Below, one piece after another: positions 45,593 through 55,635 of a stretch of 64,000 bases of DNA. The notes below the pieces were generated by a model that worked only from the letters and a program-made list of their open reading frames with translations, was not told the DNA's origin and did not search any database. The stretch's first letter is position 1; each line of letters starts with the position of its first letter. The DNA comes from Devosia sp. (lineage in GTDB: Bacteria > Pseudomonadota > Alphaproteobacteria > Rhizobiales > Devosiaceae): assembly GCF_036563435.1 (NCBI RefSeq), contig NZ_DATCMJ010000006.1, forward strand, positions 63,995-127,994, given 5' to 3'. Position numbers and translations under genes: made by a program.

Positions 45593-48500
45593 GCGCCGTT
45601 CGCAATCATGCTCGACCCAGCGCGGGTTTGCGACCGCCCGATCCAGACGCGCAGCAGTGCGAGCAGGAGATCTAAGTCCACCGGTTTAGCGATGTAGTCC
45701 GACGCGCCGGCATCAAGGCATTTCTGGCGGTCACCCTTCATCGCCTTGGCGGTGACGGCAATCAGCGGAATATGAGCCAGGGCAGGGCGGTTGCGGATTT
45801 CGCCCATGGTCTCATACCCGTCCATCTCCGGCATCATGATGTCCACGAGGGCGATATCAACGTCGGTGTTGCGCTCCAGGATTTCGATGCCTTCGCGACC
45901 GCCTTCGGCATGCAGAACTTCAATGCCGCAGGTTTCCAGCAAGCTGGTCAGCGAATAGATGTTGCGGATATCGTCGTCGACGATCAGCACCTTGGTACCG
46001 GCGAGGTCCTGTACACCGATCTGCTCCTGTCCATCCGGGCTGGCATCGAGCGGCCGCTCCAGCAACTGGACCAGCTGGTTGATATTGCCCGCACGGGAGA
46101 GGTTTCGAAGAGCAGGTGGCTCCGTTTCGGCAGGCAGGTTCTCAGTACCAAATAGAATAGTGGCGGCAAGCACCGTCTCGTCCTGATGGGCAAGATTGGC
46201 CAGTGCCGTCTTGTCATCTTCTGCAGAGCGACCGAGCGAGAAGACGATGTGGTTGTATTGGTGCAGGGCCGCCTCGTCGGTATTCGCAGGCAGGAAGTCA
46301 ACAACTGTGACGGAGGTCACTCCGTCTCGGATTGCTTCGGTGGTCGCAGTTCTGCGATCGGTGTCGTTATCGACCACGAGAACGCTGCGTTGCCGGCGGC
46401 CGGGGTCATCAACGATGGAGGCAAAGACCTGGGTCAACTCCTCCTGTTCGACAGGCTTCAGCATGACGGTGGCTGCACCCTTGTCCGATAGACCCGCAGC
46501 GTCTTCGGCGCCTGAGATCACGTGGATGGGGATCGAAGCGGTCTTGGGATCGTGACGGAGAAGGTCGAACAGGACCCAGCCATCGATGTCGGCGAGGCCA
46601 AGGTCGAGTGTCACGGCGTCGGGCATGATCTTGCGCGTGAGCGCCAGGGTGCCGGAACCCGCTGTTGACAAGACGGCCTTTAGACCAGCCGCCCGAGCGA
46701 CGTTGAGCAAGACGCGGCCGAAGGTGGGATCGTCTTCGACGATCAGGATGACCTTGTCGCCAGGTTCGAGATTGTTACGGTCGTCGGCGTCGATTGCTTC
46801 GCTGGTGGAGTGAGCACCGGGAGCGCCTAATTCAGCCAGGGTGGTTTCGTTTTGCTGCAGGCCGAGGCTTTGCGGGCCGTCGAGCGGTACGACGAGTGTG
46901 AAGGTCGAGCCCTTGCCGGGGATGCTCTGCACACGCAATTCGCCGCCAAGGAGATTGGCGATCTCGCGGCTGATCGAGAGACCAAGGCCCGTACCGCCAT
47001 ACTTGCGGCTGGTGGTGCCGTCAGCCTGCTGGAAGGCCTCGAAGATCAGCTTCTGCTTGTCTTCGGGAATGCCGATGCCGGTATCGCTGACGGCTACAGC
47101 CAGCATACGGGGTGCTGTACGTCCGCGCCGTTTGGCTGCTGCCTCCTCCAGCCCAAAGCGCAGCTTGACCTCGCCCTGTGCGGTGAACTTGAAGGCGTTG
47201 GAGAGGAGGTTGAGCACCACCTGCTGCAGACGCTTTTCGTCCGTCCGCATGGTCTCGGGCAGGTCCGGGTCGATCTCGATTGTAAACGAGAGCCCCTTGT
47301 CACTGGCAAGCTGCCGGAACGTGCGCTCCATGTGCTGGCGCAGCTGGCTGAGCTTGAGGTCGCCAAGGTCGATTGAAACGGTGCCCGACTCGATCTTGGA
47401 CAGGTCGAGAATGTCGTTGATGAGGTTGAGCAAGTCAGTGCCGGCGGCGTTGATGGTGCGCGCGAACTCGACCTGCTTGTCATTGAGGTTGCCCTGCTGG
47501 TTGGAGGCCAGGAGCTTCGAAAGGATCAGCAGCGAATTGAGCGGCGTGCGCAATTCGTGCGACATGTTGGCTAGGAATTCGGACTTGTACTTGGAAGTGA
47601 GGGCCAGCTGTTCGGCCTTCTCCTCAAGCGCGCGGCGCGCCATTTCGATCTCGAGATTTTTGTTCTCGACCTGGCGCTTTTCGTTTTCCAGAAGCTGCGC
47701 CTTTTCCTGCAGCTCCTCATTGGTGGCGTGCAGCTCTTCCTGCTTCTTGGTCAGTTCCGACTGGCGTGCCTGCAGCTCTGCAGTCAGCAGCTGGGACTGC
47801 TTGAGCAGGCCCTCGGTGCGCATGGTCGCGGCGATCGTGTTGAGCACGATGCCGACTGACTCCATCAGCTGGTTGAGGAAGGACTGGTGGGTGTCATTGA
47901 ACTCGCCAAAGGAGGCGAGTTCGATCACTGCCTTAACTTCTTCTTCAAACAGCGCCGGCAGGATGATCACGTTGGCAGGGTCGGCAGCGCCAAGGCCAGA
48001 GCTGATCTTGAGGAAATTAGGCGGCACCTCATCGAGCATGATCACGCGCTTGTCTGCGGCGCTCTGTCCGATCAGGCCCTCGCGCAGTGCGAGCTGGCTT
48101 TTGATCGCTGTGCTGTTTTCTGCCCCATAGCTGGCAGCAAGCTCGAGCCGGGTCTCTGAATCCTCACGGTTGGTCACGTAGAACACGCCATACTGAGCGT
48201 TCACCAGAGGAGCGAGCTCGCTCATGATCAGGCGCGACACCGTAGAGAGGTCGCGTTCGCCCTGCAGCATGCGCGAGAAGCGCGCCAGGTTGGTCTTGAG
48301 CCAGTCCTGCTCGGCGTTCTTGAGGGTCTGATCCTTGAGGTTGCGGATCATCTCGTTGATGTTGTCCTTGAGCGCCGCCACTTCACCGGAGGCTTCCACA
48401 GAGATCGAGCGGGTCAGGTCGCCCTTGGTCACGGCGGTGGACACTTCGGCAATGGCGCGCACCTGGGTGGTCAGATTTGCCGCTAGCTGGTTCACGTTGT

Positions 48501-51270
48501 CGGTCAGGTCGCGCCACAGGCCGGCAGCACCGGGCACGCGGGCCTGGCCGCCGAGCTTACCCTCGATACCCACTTCGCGGGCCACGTTGGTCACCTGGTC
48601 GGCAAAGGTCGCCAGCGTCTCGATCATGCCGTTGATGGTTTCGGCGAGCGCGGCGATTTCGCCCTTGGCATCCACCGCGAGCTTCCGCTTGAGGTTACCC
48701 TGCGCCACCGCGGTCACCACCTCGGCGATGCCGCGCACCTGGTTGGTGAGGTTGGTGGCCATGAGGTTCACGTTGTCCGTGAGGTCCTTCCACGTGCCGG
48801 CGACACCTTCCACGCGCGCCTGGCCGCCCAGCTTGCCTTCCGTGCCCACTTCGCGCGCCACGCGCGTCACTTCGCCGGCGAAGGAATTGAGCTGGTCCAC
48901 CATGGTGTTGATGGTGGATTTCAGCTCAAGGATTTCCCCCTTCACGTCCACGGTGATCTTTTTAGACAAGTCGCCGGATGCCACGGCCGTGGTCACTTCG
49001 GCGATGTTACGAACCTGGCCCGTTAGGTTCTGCGCCATGGAGTTCACATTGTCGGTCAAATCCTTCCAGGTGCCGCCCACGCCCTTCACCTGCGCCTGGC
49101 CGCCCAGCTTGCCCTCGGTGCCCACTTCGCGGGCCACGCGCGTCACTTCGGATGCGAAGGAGTTGAGCTGGTCCACCATGGTGTTGATGGTGTCCTTGAG
49201 CTCGAGGATTTCGCCGCGCACCGCCACGGTGATCTTTTTGGACAAGTCGCCCGAGGCCACGGCGGTGGTCACCTCGGCGATATTGCGCACCTGACCGGTG
49301 AGGTTTGCGGCCATGGCGTTCACATTGTCGGTCAGGTCCTTCCAGGTACCCGCGACGCCGCGCACTTGTGCCTGGCCACCGAGCTTGCCGTCCGTGCCCA
49401 CTTCGCGGGCGACGCGCGTCACCTCGGAGGCGAAGGAGTTGAGCTGGTCCACCATGGTGTTGATGGTGTTCTTGAGCTCGAGGATTTCGCCCTTCACGTC
49501 CACGGTGATCTTTTTCGACAAGTCGCCCGAGGCCACCGCGGTGGTCACTTCGGCGATGTTGCGCACCTGACCGGTCAGGTTCTGCGCCATCGAGTTCACA
49601 TTGTCGGTCAGGTCCTTCCAGGTACCGGCGACGCCTTCCACATGCGCCTGGCCGCCGAGCTTGCCCTCGGTACCCACTTCGCGCGCCACGCGCGTCACTT
49701 CGCCAGCGAAGGAGTTGAGCTGGTCCACCATGGTGTTGATGGTGTCTTTGAGCTCAAGGATTTCACCCTTCACGTCCACGGTGATCTTCTTGGACAGGTC
49801 GCCGCGCGCCACGGCGGTGGTCACCTCGGCGATGTTTCGCACCTGGCCGGTGAGGTTCGCGGCCATCAGGTTCACGTTGTCGGTGAGGTCTTTCCAGGTG
49901 CCGCCGACGCCCTTCACGTCGGCCTGGCCGCCCAGCTTGCCCTCGGTGCCCACTTCGCGCGCCACGCGTGTCACTTCGCCAGCGAATGAATTGAGCTGGT
50001 CCACCATGGTGTTGATGGTGGACTTGAGTTCGAGGATTTCGCCCTTCACGTCCACGGTGATCTTTTTGCTCAAGTCACCCGAGGCCACGGCGGTGGTCAC
50101 TTCGGCGATGTTGCGCACCTGGCCGGTCAGGTTGGCCGCCATCAGGTTCACGTTGTCGGTCAGGTCCTTCCAGGTGCCGCCCACGCCGCGCACCTGCGCC
50201 TGGCCGCCGAGCTTGCCTTCGGTACCCACTTCGCGCGCCACGCGCGTCACTTCCGAGGCGAAAGAGTTGAGCTGGTCCACCATGGTGTTGATGGTGGACT
50301 TGAGCTCGAGGATTTCGCCCTTCACGTCCACGGTAATTTTCTTCGACAAGTCACCCGAAGCCACGGCGGTGGTCACTTCGGCGATGTTGCGTACCTGACC
50401 GGTAAGATTCTCGGCCATGAGGTTCACATTGTCGGTGAGATCCTTCCAGGTGCCGCCGACGCCTTCCACGCGTGCCTGGCCTCCAAGCTTGCCTTCGGTC
50501 CCCACTTCGCGCGCGACGCGGGTCACTTCGGAAGCGAAGGCGTTGAGCTGATCCACCATGGTGTTGATGGTGTTCTTGAGCTCGAGCACCTCACCCTTCA
50601 CCTCCACGGTGATCTTGCGGCTGAGGTCGCCATTGGCCACGGCAGTGGTCACTTCGGCGATGTTGCGCACCTGGCTGGTCAGGTTCTGCGCCATGGAGTT
50701 CACATTGTCAGTGAGGTCCTTCCAAGTGCCGGCGACGCCCTTCACCTGTGCCTGGCCGCCCAGCTTGCCCTCCGTGCCCACTTCGCGCGCAACGCGCGTT
50801 ACTTCCGAGGCAAAGCTGTTGAGCTGGTCCACCATGGTGTTCACGACCTTGCCGATACGCAGGAACTCACCGCGCAGGGGCCGTCCGTCGATCTCTTCCA
50901 TCATGGACTGGCTAAGGTCGCCCTTGGCCACGGCGCCAATCACGCGCGCCACCTCGGCGGTTGGCTGCACCATGTCCTCGATCAGCTCGTTGACCGAGCG
51001 GACGCTGGCCTCCCAGCTGCCGGTGGCATTGCGCACATGGCCGCGCTCGCCGATGCGGCCGTCCTTGCCCACCACGCGGCCGAGCCTGGCGAACTCGTCG
51101 GTCAGCGCCTCGTTGAGTTCCACGATTTCGTTGAAACTCTGGGCAATTTCGAAGTCCAAGCCCTCGAAGTCACCATCCAGCCGGACCGAGAAGTCGCCGC
51201 GCCGGAACGCTCGCAGAGCATTCAGAATATGGCGGCGATCAAGCTGTTGAACGAGAGCGGAGGTGGTCAC
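45589..51270 (-). CDS. Giant cytoplasmic poly-HAMP hybrid histidine kinase (~10 x 92-aa HAMP units - GAF - coiled coil - HisKA - HATPase - 3 receiver-like domains), 1893 aa
   Basis: GTG start at 51270 with GAGGAG upstream and no N-terminal hydrophobic segment. The repeated unit is [86 protein letters not shown]. Downstream come a GAF-like region, the H-box [20 protein letters not shown]...GGTGLGLSI, and a canonical final REC (VLIVDDD...[10 protein letters not shown]...KP). Confidence 0.93.
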   Translation of the reverse strand: MTTSALVQQLDRRHILNALRAFRRGDFSVRLDGDFEGLDFEIAQSFNEIVELNEALTDEFARLGRVVGKDGRIGERGHVRNATGSWEASVRSVNELIEDMVQPTAEVARVIGAVAKGDLSQSMMEEIDGRPLRGEFLRIGKVVNTMVDQLNSFASEVTRVAREVGTEGKLGGQAQVKGVAGTWKDLTDNVNSMAQNLTSQVRNIAEVTTAVANGDLSRKITVEVKGEVLELKNTINTMVDQLNAFASEVTRVAREVGTEGKLGGQARVEGVGGTWKDLTDNVNLMAENLTGQVRNIAEVTTAVASGDLSKKITVDVKGEILELKSTINTMVDQLNSFASEVTRVAREVGTEGKLGGQAQVRGVGGTWKDLTDNVNLMAANLTGQVRNIAEVTTAVASGDLSKKITVDVKGEILELKSTINTMVDQLNSFAGEVTRVAREVGTEGKLGGQADVKGVGGTWKDLTDNVNLMAANLTGQVRNIAEVTTAVARGDLSKKITVDVKGEILELKDTINTMVDQLNSFAGEVTRVAREVGTEGKLGGQAHVEGVAGTWKDLTDNVNSMAQNLTGQVRNIAEVTTAVASGDLSKKITVDVKGEILELKNTINTMVDQLNSFASEVTRVAREVGTDGKLGGQAQVRGVAGTWKDLTDNVNAMAANLTGQVRNIAEVTTAVASGDLSKKITVAVRGEILELKDTINTMVDQLNSFASEVTRVAREVGTEGKLGGQAQVKGVGGTWKDLTDNVNSMAQNLTGQVRNIAEVTTAVASGDLSKKITVDVKGEILELKSTINTMVDQLNSFAGEVTRVAREVGTEGKLGGQARVEGVAGTWKDLTDNVNLMATNLTNQVRGIAEVVTAVAQGNLKRKLAVDAKGEIAALAETINGMIETLATFADQVTNVAREVGIEGKLGGQARVPGAAGLWRDLTDNVNQLAANLTTQVRAIAEVSTAVTKGDLTRSISVEASGEVAALKDNINEMIRNLKDQTLKNAEQDWLKTNLARFSRMLQGERDLSTVSRLIMSELAPLVNAQYGVFYVTNREDSETRLELAASYGAENSTAIKSQLALREGLIGQSAADKRVIMLDEVPPNFLKISSGLGAADPANVIILPALFEEEVKAVIELASFGEFNDTHQSFLNQLMESVGIVLNTIAATMRTEGLLKQSQLLTAELQARQSELTKKQEELHATNEELQEKAQLLENEKRQVENKNLEIEMARRALEEKAEQLALTSKYKSEFLANMSHELRTPLNSLLILSKLLASNQQGNLNDKQVEFARTINAAGTDLLNLINDILDLSKIESGTVSIDLGDLKLSQLRQHMERTFRQLASDKGLSFTIEIDPDLPETMRTDEKRLQQVVLNLLSNAFKFTAQGEVKLRFGLEEAAAKRRGRTAPRMLAVAVSDTGIGIPEDKQKLIFEAFQQADGTTSRKYGGTGLGLSISREIANLLGGELRVQSIPGKGSTFTLVVPLDGPQSLGLQQNETTLAELGAPGAHSTSEAIDADDRNNLEPGDKVILIVEDDPTFGRVLLNVARAAGLKAVLSTAGSGTLALTRKIMPDAVTLDLGLADIDGWVLFDLLRHDPKTASIPIHVISGAEDAAGLSDKGAATVMLKPVEQEELTQVFASIVDDPGRRQRSVLVVDNDTDRRTATTEAIRDGVTSVTVVDFLPANTDEAALHQYNHIVFSLGRSAEDDKTALANLAHQDETVLAATILFGTENLPAETEPPALRNLSRAGNINQLVQLLERPLDASPDGQEQIGVQDLAGTKVLIVDDDIRNIYSLTSLLETCGIEVLHAEGGREGIEILERNTDVDIALVDIMMPEMDGYETMGEIRNRPALAHIPLIAVTAKAMKGDRQKCLDAGASDYIAKPVDLDLLLALLRVWIGRSQTRAGSSMIANGA
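48799..50730 (-). repeat. Seven near-identical 276-bp tandem repeats inside the poly-HAMP kinase gene (three more diverged units extend the array to about 48247..51020)
   Basis: The 92-aa period begins at codon 181. The periodicity also shows in antisense and out-of-frame track ORFs, where [33 protein letters not shown] recurs in ORFs 48335.., 49298.., 49601.. and 50558... Confidence 0.9.
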
Positions 51271-51424
51271 GATGAAGTCTCCTCAAAGCTTCAAGCCCGG
51301 CCTGTCTGGGGCAGAGCACGCTGTTCTAGCGCAACCCTATGCTCATGGCACCGGATTGTTCGCTTCGCCACAAAAATCCTCGGAAGGGTTGATCCGACAC
51401 TTATCGGATTCTACACCCCTGCCG

Positions 51425-51814
51425 ATGACTCGCGCTGCCCCACCAGAGCCGGACTTCGTGGAGATGGTCGAAAGCTGTCTCGACTCCGTGTGGTCGCTGG
51501 ATCTGCTTCTGCTCACCCATGCCCAGCCCAAGCGCCAGTGGAACACTGCGGATCTGGTCGCCGAGCTGCGCAGCAGCGAGCTGGTTGTCACCCAGTCGGT
51601 GCGGCGCCTCCTCGAGGCTGGGCTACTGGTCGACGAGGGGGAGGGCAATGTTCGCTATGCGGCTGTTTCAGCGGACCTCGCCAGCTTCGTGGACAGACTT
51701 GATCACGAATACCGCACCCGCCCCAACCAGATCCGACGCATGATCGTGGGGCGGTCCAATGCCAAGCTCACCTCGTTCTCGGATGCCTTCCTCTTAAGGA
51801 AACCACCGCAGTGA
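51425..51814 (+). CDS. Hypothetical protein, possibly winged-helix DNA-binding
   Basis: I prefer the ATG at 51425 (MTRAAPPEPDFVEMVESCLDSVWSLDLLLLTHAQPKRQWNTADLVAELRSSELVVTQSVRRLLEAGLLVDEG). The helix-turn-wing pattern resembles MarR/ArsR-like wHTH, but I assign no family. The ORF-track start at 51263 would overlap the divergent kinase start. Confidence 0.5.
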   Translation: MTRAAPPEPDFVEMVESCLDSVWSLDLLLLTHAQPKRQWNTADLVAELRSSELVVTQSVRRLLEAGLLVDEGEGNVRYAAVSADLASFVDRLDHEYRTRPNQIRRMIVGRSNAKLTSFSDAFLLRKPPQ

Positions 51815-52080
51815 ACCAGACCGTCCAGGTTGCCATCTATGTCCTGTGTCTCGTCGCCAGCGCGGCCTGTACCTGGCTGCTTCTGAGAGGATACAGGCGA
51901 TCGGGAACCCGACTGCTCTTGTGGGCTGGGATCTGCTTTTTCTTTCTGTCGCTCAATAGCACGGCCGTGTTGTTCGATCTTTTGATCTTTCCGCAATGGG
52001 ACTTTCAGGCCTGGCGCCACGCTGCTTCGCTCATGGCGGTTGGTGTGCTGATGTTTGGCCTTGTGTGGGAGTCGGAGTAG
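51811..52080 (+). CDS. Small 3-TM membrane protein (DUF5985-like)
   Basis: Its GTG at 51811 overlaps the upstream stop (GTGA). It reads MNQTVQVAIYVLCLVASAACTWLLLRGYRRSGTRLLLWAGICFFFLSLNSTAVLFDLLIF...ASLMAVGVLMFGLVW. The family name is from memory. Confidence 0.6.
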   Translation: MNQTVQVAIYVLCLVASAACTWLLLRGYRRSGTRLLLWAGICFFFLSLNSTAVLFDLLIFPQWDFQAWRHAASLMAVGVLMFGLVWESE

Positions 52081-52083
52081 ACC

Positions 52084-52335
52084 ATGTTTGCCTTCGTCTC
52101 GGGCCTCATCACCATGGGCTTCCTGGTCTCCGGCTTGTTCTTCATCCGGTTCTGGGTGCGAACCCGCGACATCCTCTTCGCGGCCTTTGCCGCCGCGTTC
52201 TGGCTCCTGGCCGCCAATCAGGCGCTCCTGGCGCTCTCGAACCTGCCGGTGGAGGAGAGGAGCTGGATGTATTTGCTGAGGCTTGCCGCCTTCATCATCA
52301 TCATCGCGGCCGTGGTGCTGAAGAACCGCCGCTGA
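52084..52335 (+). CDS. Small 3-TM membrane protein, paralogous in architecture to the preceding ORF (DUF5985-like)
   Basis: MFAFVSGLITMGFLVSGLFFIRFWVRTRDILFAAFAAAFWLLAANQALLAL...WMYLLRLAAFIIIIAAVVLKNRR shows the same TM1-R-rich loop-TM2-TM3 layout. It starts 3 nt after the upstream stop. Confidence 0.6.
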   Translation: MFAFVSGLITMGFLVSGLFFIRFWVRTRDILFAAFAAAFWLLAANQALLALSNLPVEERSWMYLLRLAAFIIIIAAVVLKNRR

Positions 52336-52390
52336 CTGAAGTGCTGGGCTGCTTTGCCCGTAGAGTGATCTGAGGTGCGCCGCGCTGGAA

Positions 52391-52466
<76 letters not shown>

Positions 52467-52771
52467 GCGACGGTGCGTGTAGCATTGGCCTGCGGCGGGA
52501 GCAACCGGCTCGATGACTTTGCTGGCTCTCGATTTGCTGTGTCCGCGGGAACTATTTTTCTGTTCCTGAGCCTCCGCGGCGGATGCCCTCGCTGCGTCAT
52601 TACGCTCTCGCAGATCGCTGGCGCCAGCAAACCGCAAAGGTGCAGACTTTTATCCCAAACCCCTGCGCTGCCAGGGGTTTCCGGCCGTTCCGGGGCTTGA
52701 AGCGGGGTGCTGTTCCGCTTTACCAAACCAGCAGAAGTGGCCTGTCTGATGGGCCGAGGCTGGAGGCAGGA

Positions 52772-53680
52772 TTGACCCGGGCATTGCTGACGCATCTGCA
52801 GACGCTTGAGGCTGAGAGCATCGAAATTCTGCGCGAAGTTGCGGCCAGCTTCGAGCGGCCGGTGATGATGTATTCGATCGGCAAGGATTCGAGCGTTCTG
52901 CTGCATCTGGCGCGCAAGGCCTTCTACCCATCTCGCATCCCATTCCCGTTGCTGCATGTGAACACGACTTGGAAGTTCCGCGAGATGATCGCGTTCCGCA
53001 ATGCCATGGCGGAAAAGCATGGCTTCGAGCTGATCAGCCACACCAATCCCGAGGGCGTTGCGGCAGGCATTAACCCGTTCGATCATGGTTCCTCCCGCTT
53101 TACCGACATCATGAAGACTCAGGCGCTGCGGCAGGCGCTCAATGCAGGGCGGTACGACGCGGCCATTGGCGGCGCGCGGCGCGACGAGGAAAAGTCGCGG
53201 GCCAAGGAACGGGTCTTCTCCCACCGTAACGCGAGCCACGCCTGGGACCCGAAGAACCAAAGGCCGGAGCTGTGGCGCCTGTTCAATACCCGCCTCAATC
53301 CAGGGGAGAGCATGCGCGTCTTCCCGATCAGCAACTGGACCGAGCTCGATGTATGGACCTACATCTATTCGGAAGGCATCGAGCTGCCATCGCTGTATTT
53401 TGCCAAGCCCCGTCCTGTCGTCGATCGGTCAGGCACGTTGATCATGGTGGACGATGAGCGCTTCCGGCTTGTGCCGGGCGAGACGCCGCGCCAGGAAATG
53501 GTGCGCTTCCGCACCTTGGGAGACTATCCGCTCACTGGGGCGATCCGCTCGACGGCGGCAACCTTGCCCGAGATCATCATGGAAATGCAGACCAGCCGCA
53601 CATCCGAGCGTGAAGGGCGGCTGATCGACAGCGACAGTGTCGGGTCGATGGAAAAGAAGAAGCAGGAAGGGTATTTCTGA
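52772..53680 (+). CDS. cysD: Sulfate adenylyltransferase subunit 2
   Basis: Reads [18 protein letters not shown]...[22 protein letters not shown] (PP-loop)...[18 protein letters not shown]...[14 protein letters not shown] propose a TTG start at 52772, preceded by GGAGG; the ORF-track start is upstream. Confidence 0.92.
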   Translation: MTRALLTHLQTLEAESIEILREVAASFERPVMMYSIGKDSSVLLHLARKAFYPSRIPFPLLHVNTTWKFREMIAFRNAMAEKHGFELISHTNPEGVAAGINPFDHGSSRFTDIMKTQALRQALNAGRYDAAIGGARRDEEKSRAKERVFSHRNASHAWDPKNQRPELWRLFNTRLNPGESMRVFPISNWTELDVWTYIYSEGIELPSLYFAKPRPVVDRSGTLIMVDDERFRLVPGETPRQEMVRFRTLGDYPLTGAIRSTAATLPEIIMEMQTSRTSEREGRLIDSDSVGSMEKKKQEGYF

Positions 53681-55575
53681 TGAGCCTGCCCTTGGCGAGC
53701 CCCGATACCGATATTGCGCTCTGGCTCAACCAGCAGACTGAGAAGTCGCTGCTGCGGTTCCTGACCTGTGGCAGCGTCGACGATGGCAAGTCCACGCTGA
53801 TCGGCCGGTTGCTCTATGATAGCCAGCTCATCCTCGACGATCAGTTAGCGAGCCTCAAAAAGGAGTCGCACAACCGCACTGTCGGGGACGAAGGCATCGA
53901 TTTTTCCCTGCTGGTGGACGGCCTGACTGCAGAGCGCGAGCAGGGCATCACCATTGACGTGGCCTACCGCTTCTTTTCCACCGACAAGCGCAAGTTCATC
54001 GTCGCAGATACGCCCGGTCACGAGCAGTATACCCGCAACATGGCGACGGGCGCGTCCAATGCGGATCTGGCGCTGGTGCTGATCGACGCCCGCAAGGGCG
54101 TGCTGACGCAGACGCGCCGACACAGTTTCATCCTGTCGCTGATCGGCGTGAAGCACGTTGTTCTCGTGGTCAACAAGATCGACCTGGTCGACTACGACCA
54201 AGCCGTCTTCGACAAGATCGTGGCCGAATATCGCGCCTTTGCGGAGCCGCTCGGGTTCAAGAGCCTGGAAGCGGTGCCGGTCTCGGCGCTGCGCGGTGAC
54301 AATATCCTGACGCAAAGCACCAAGACGCTTTGGTTCAGCGGAACACCCCTGGTGCCATATCTAGAAACCATCTCCGTCGCCGAGGATCGCAGTGCGGGCA
54401 AGCTGCGGTTCCCGGTGCAGTGGGTCAATCGGCCCAACCTCGATTTCCGTGGTTTTTCCGGCACGGTTGCTTCAGGCTCGGTCGCGGTGGGCGACGAGGT
54501 GCTGATCGCATCGTCGCGCAAGCCTGCCGTGGTCACCCGGATTGTCACCATGGACGGCGACTTCACACAGGCGGTAGCGGGGCAGGCGATAACGCTGGTG
54601 CTGGACCGCGAGGTGGACATTTCCCGTGGCGACGTCCTCAGCCATCCTCGCGAGACGCCGGAATATTCGAACCAATTCCAGGCGAGGGTCGTGTGGATGA
54701 ACGAGGAGGCGGCGTTTCCGGGCCGCTCCTATCTCCTCAAGCTCGGCACCCAGGTCGTGCCGGCGACCATTACCGACCTCAAGTTCCGCACCAACGTCAA
54801 TACGCTCGAGCATACCGCAGCGACCAAGGTCGACCTCAACGAGGTGGCGACCGTCACCATCGCTACCGACAAGCCGATTGCATTCGATCCCTATGCTAGC
54901 AATGCGCTGACCGGCGGCTTCATCCTCATCGACCGCCTGACCAATGCCACGCTCGGGGCGGGGACCATCGAGTTTGGACTGCGCCGGGCGCAGAACCTGA
55001 CCTACCAGTCTTTCGACGTGAACCGCGAGGTGCGGGCGCAGATGAAGGGGCAAAAGCCGCAGATCGTCTGGTTTACCGGCCTCTCCGGCTCGGGCAAGTC
55101 CTCCATCGCCAACATCGTCGAGAAGCGGCTTACAGCGGAGGGCAAGCACGCCTACATCCTCGACGGCGACAATGTGCGCCACGGACTCAGTAAGGATCTG
55201 GGTTTCACCGAAGCCGCACGCGTGGAAAACATCCGCCGTGTCGCCGAAGTCGCCCGTCTTATGGCCGATGCCGGGCTGATCGTGCTCGTCTCTTTCATTT
55301 CGCCCTTCGAGAACGAACGCCGTTTGGCACGGGAGATCGCTGGCGATATCGGCTTCACCGAGGTTTATGTCGATACGCCGCTGGCCGTGTGCGAGGCGCG
55401 GGACCCCAAAGGCCTCTACAAGCGCGCACGTGCGGGCGAGATCAAGAACTTTACCGGCATCGACAGTCCCTTTGAAGAACCAACGAGTGCCGATGTCGTG
55501 CTCCACGGGGCCGAGTTCACCCCTGATAACCTCGCCGAGCAGTTGTACGGCACGCTGCTCAGCCGGTTGGCCTGA
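53680..55575 (+). CDS. cysNC: Bifunctional sulfate adenylyltransferase subunit 1 / adenylylsulfate kinase (CysN-CysC fusion, NodQ-like)
   Basis: The GTPase region reads LRFLTCGSVDDGKSTLIGRLL, DTPGHEQYTRNM and NKID. The C-terminal APS kinase reads VWFTGLSGSGKSSIAN...YILDGDNVRHGL...FISPF. Its ATG overlaps the cysD stop. Confidence 0.93.
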   Translation: MSLPLASPDTDIALWLNQQTEKSLLRFLTCGSVDDGKSTLIGRLLYDSQLILDDQLASLKKESHNRTVGDEGIDFSLLVDGLTAEREQGITIDVAYRFFSTDKRKFIVADTPGHEQYTRNMATGASNADLALVLIDARKGVLTQTRRHSFILSLIGVKHVVLVVNKIDLVDYDQAVFDKIVAEYRAFAEPLGFKSLEAVPVSALRGDNILTQSTKTLWFSGTPLVPYLETISVAEDRSAGKLRFPVQWVNRPNLDFRGFSGTVASGSVAVGDEVLIASSRKPAVVTRIVTMDGDFTQAVAGQAITLVLDREVDISRGDVLSHPRETPEYSNQFQARVVWMNEEAAFPGRSYLLKLGTQVVPATITDLKFRTNVNTLEHTAATKVDLNEVATVTIATDKPIAFDPYASNALTGGFILIDRLTNATLGAGTIEFGLRRAQNLTYQSFDVNREVRAQMKGQKPQIVWFTGLSGSGKSSIANIVEKRLTAEGKHAYILDGDNVRHGLSKDLGFTEAARVENIRRVAEVARLMADAGLIVLVSFISPFENERRLAREIAGDIGFTEVYVDTPLAVCEARDPKGLYKRARAGEIKNFTGIDSPFEEPTSADVVLHGAEFTPDNLAEQLYGTLLSRLA

Positions 55576-55635
55576 TCACCTCACCCCGCGACGGGTGAAC
55601 GACGTTATGTCCCCGTTCAACAGTTGCCGAGCCGC

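Noticed and set aside
48799-50730. Regular 276-bp periodicity that might suggest a CRISPR-like or satellite array
   Set aside because: There are no short repeat/unique spacer alternations. The whole period is in-frame coding sequence for HAMP units of one continuous 1893-aa ORF.
46841-51250. Several long plus-strand ORFs (46841..48130, 48335..49294, 49601..50398, 50558..51250) with S/P/T/R-rich repeated peptides
   Set aside because: They are antisense frames of the poly-HAMP kinase gene. Their internal repetition only mirrors the 276-bp coding repeats on the minus strand.
51263-51424. Upstream start (51263) for the possible wHTH protein
   Set aside because: It would overlap the divergent kinase start codon and RBS, and would add a low-complexity leader. 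The ATG at 51425 leaves a normal divergent promoter region. The start remains uncertain.
54472-55506. 344-aa minus-strand ORF, and likewise 52457..53260 and 57194..58468
   Set aside because: All three are antisense to cysNC, cysD and the class III ADH respectively, which have strong motifs. They are typical GC-rich shadow frames.
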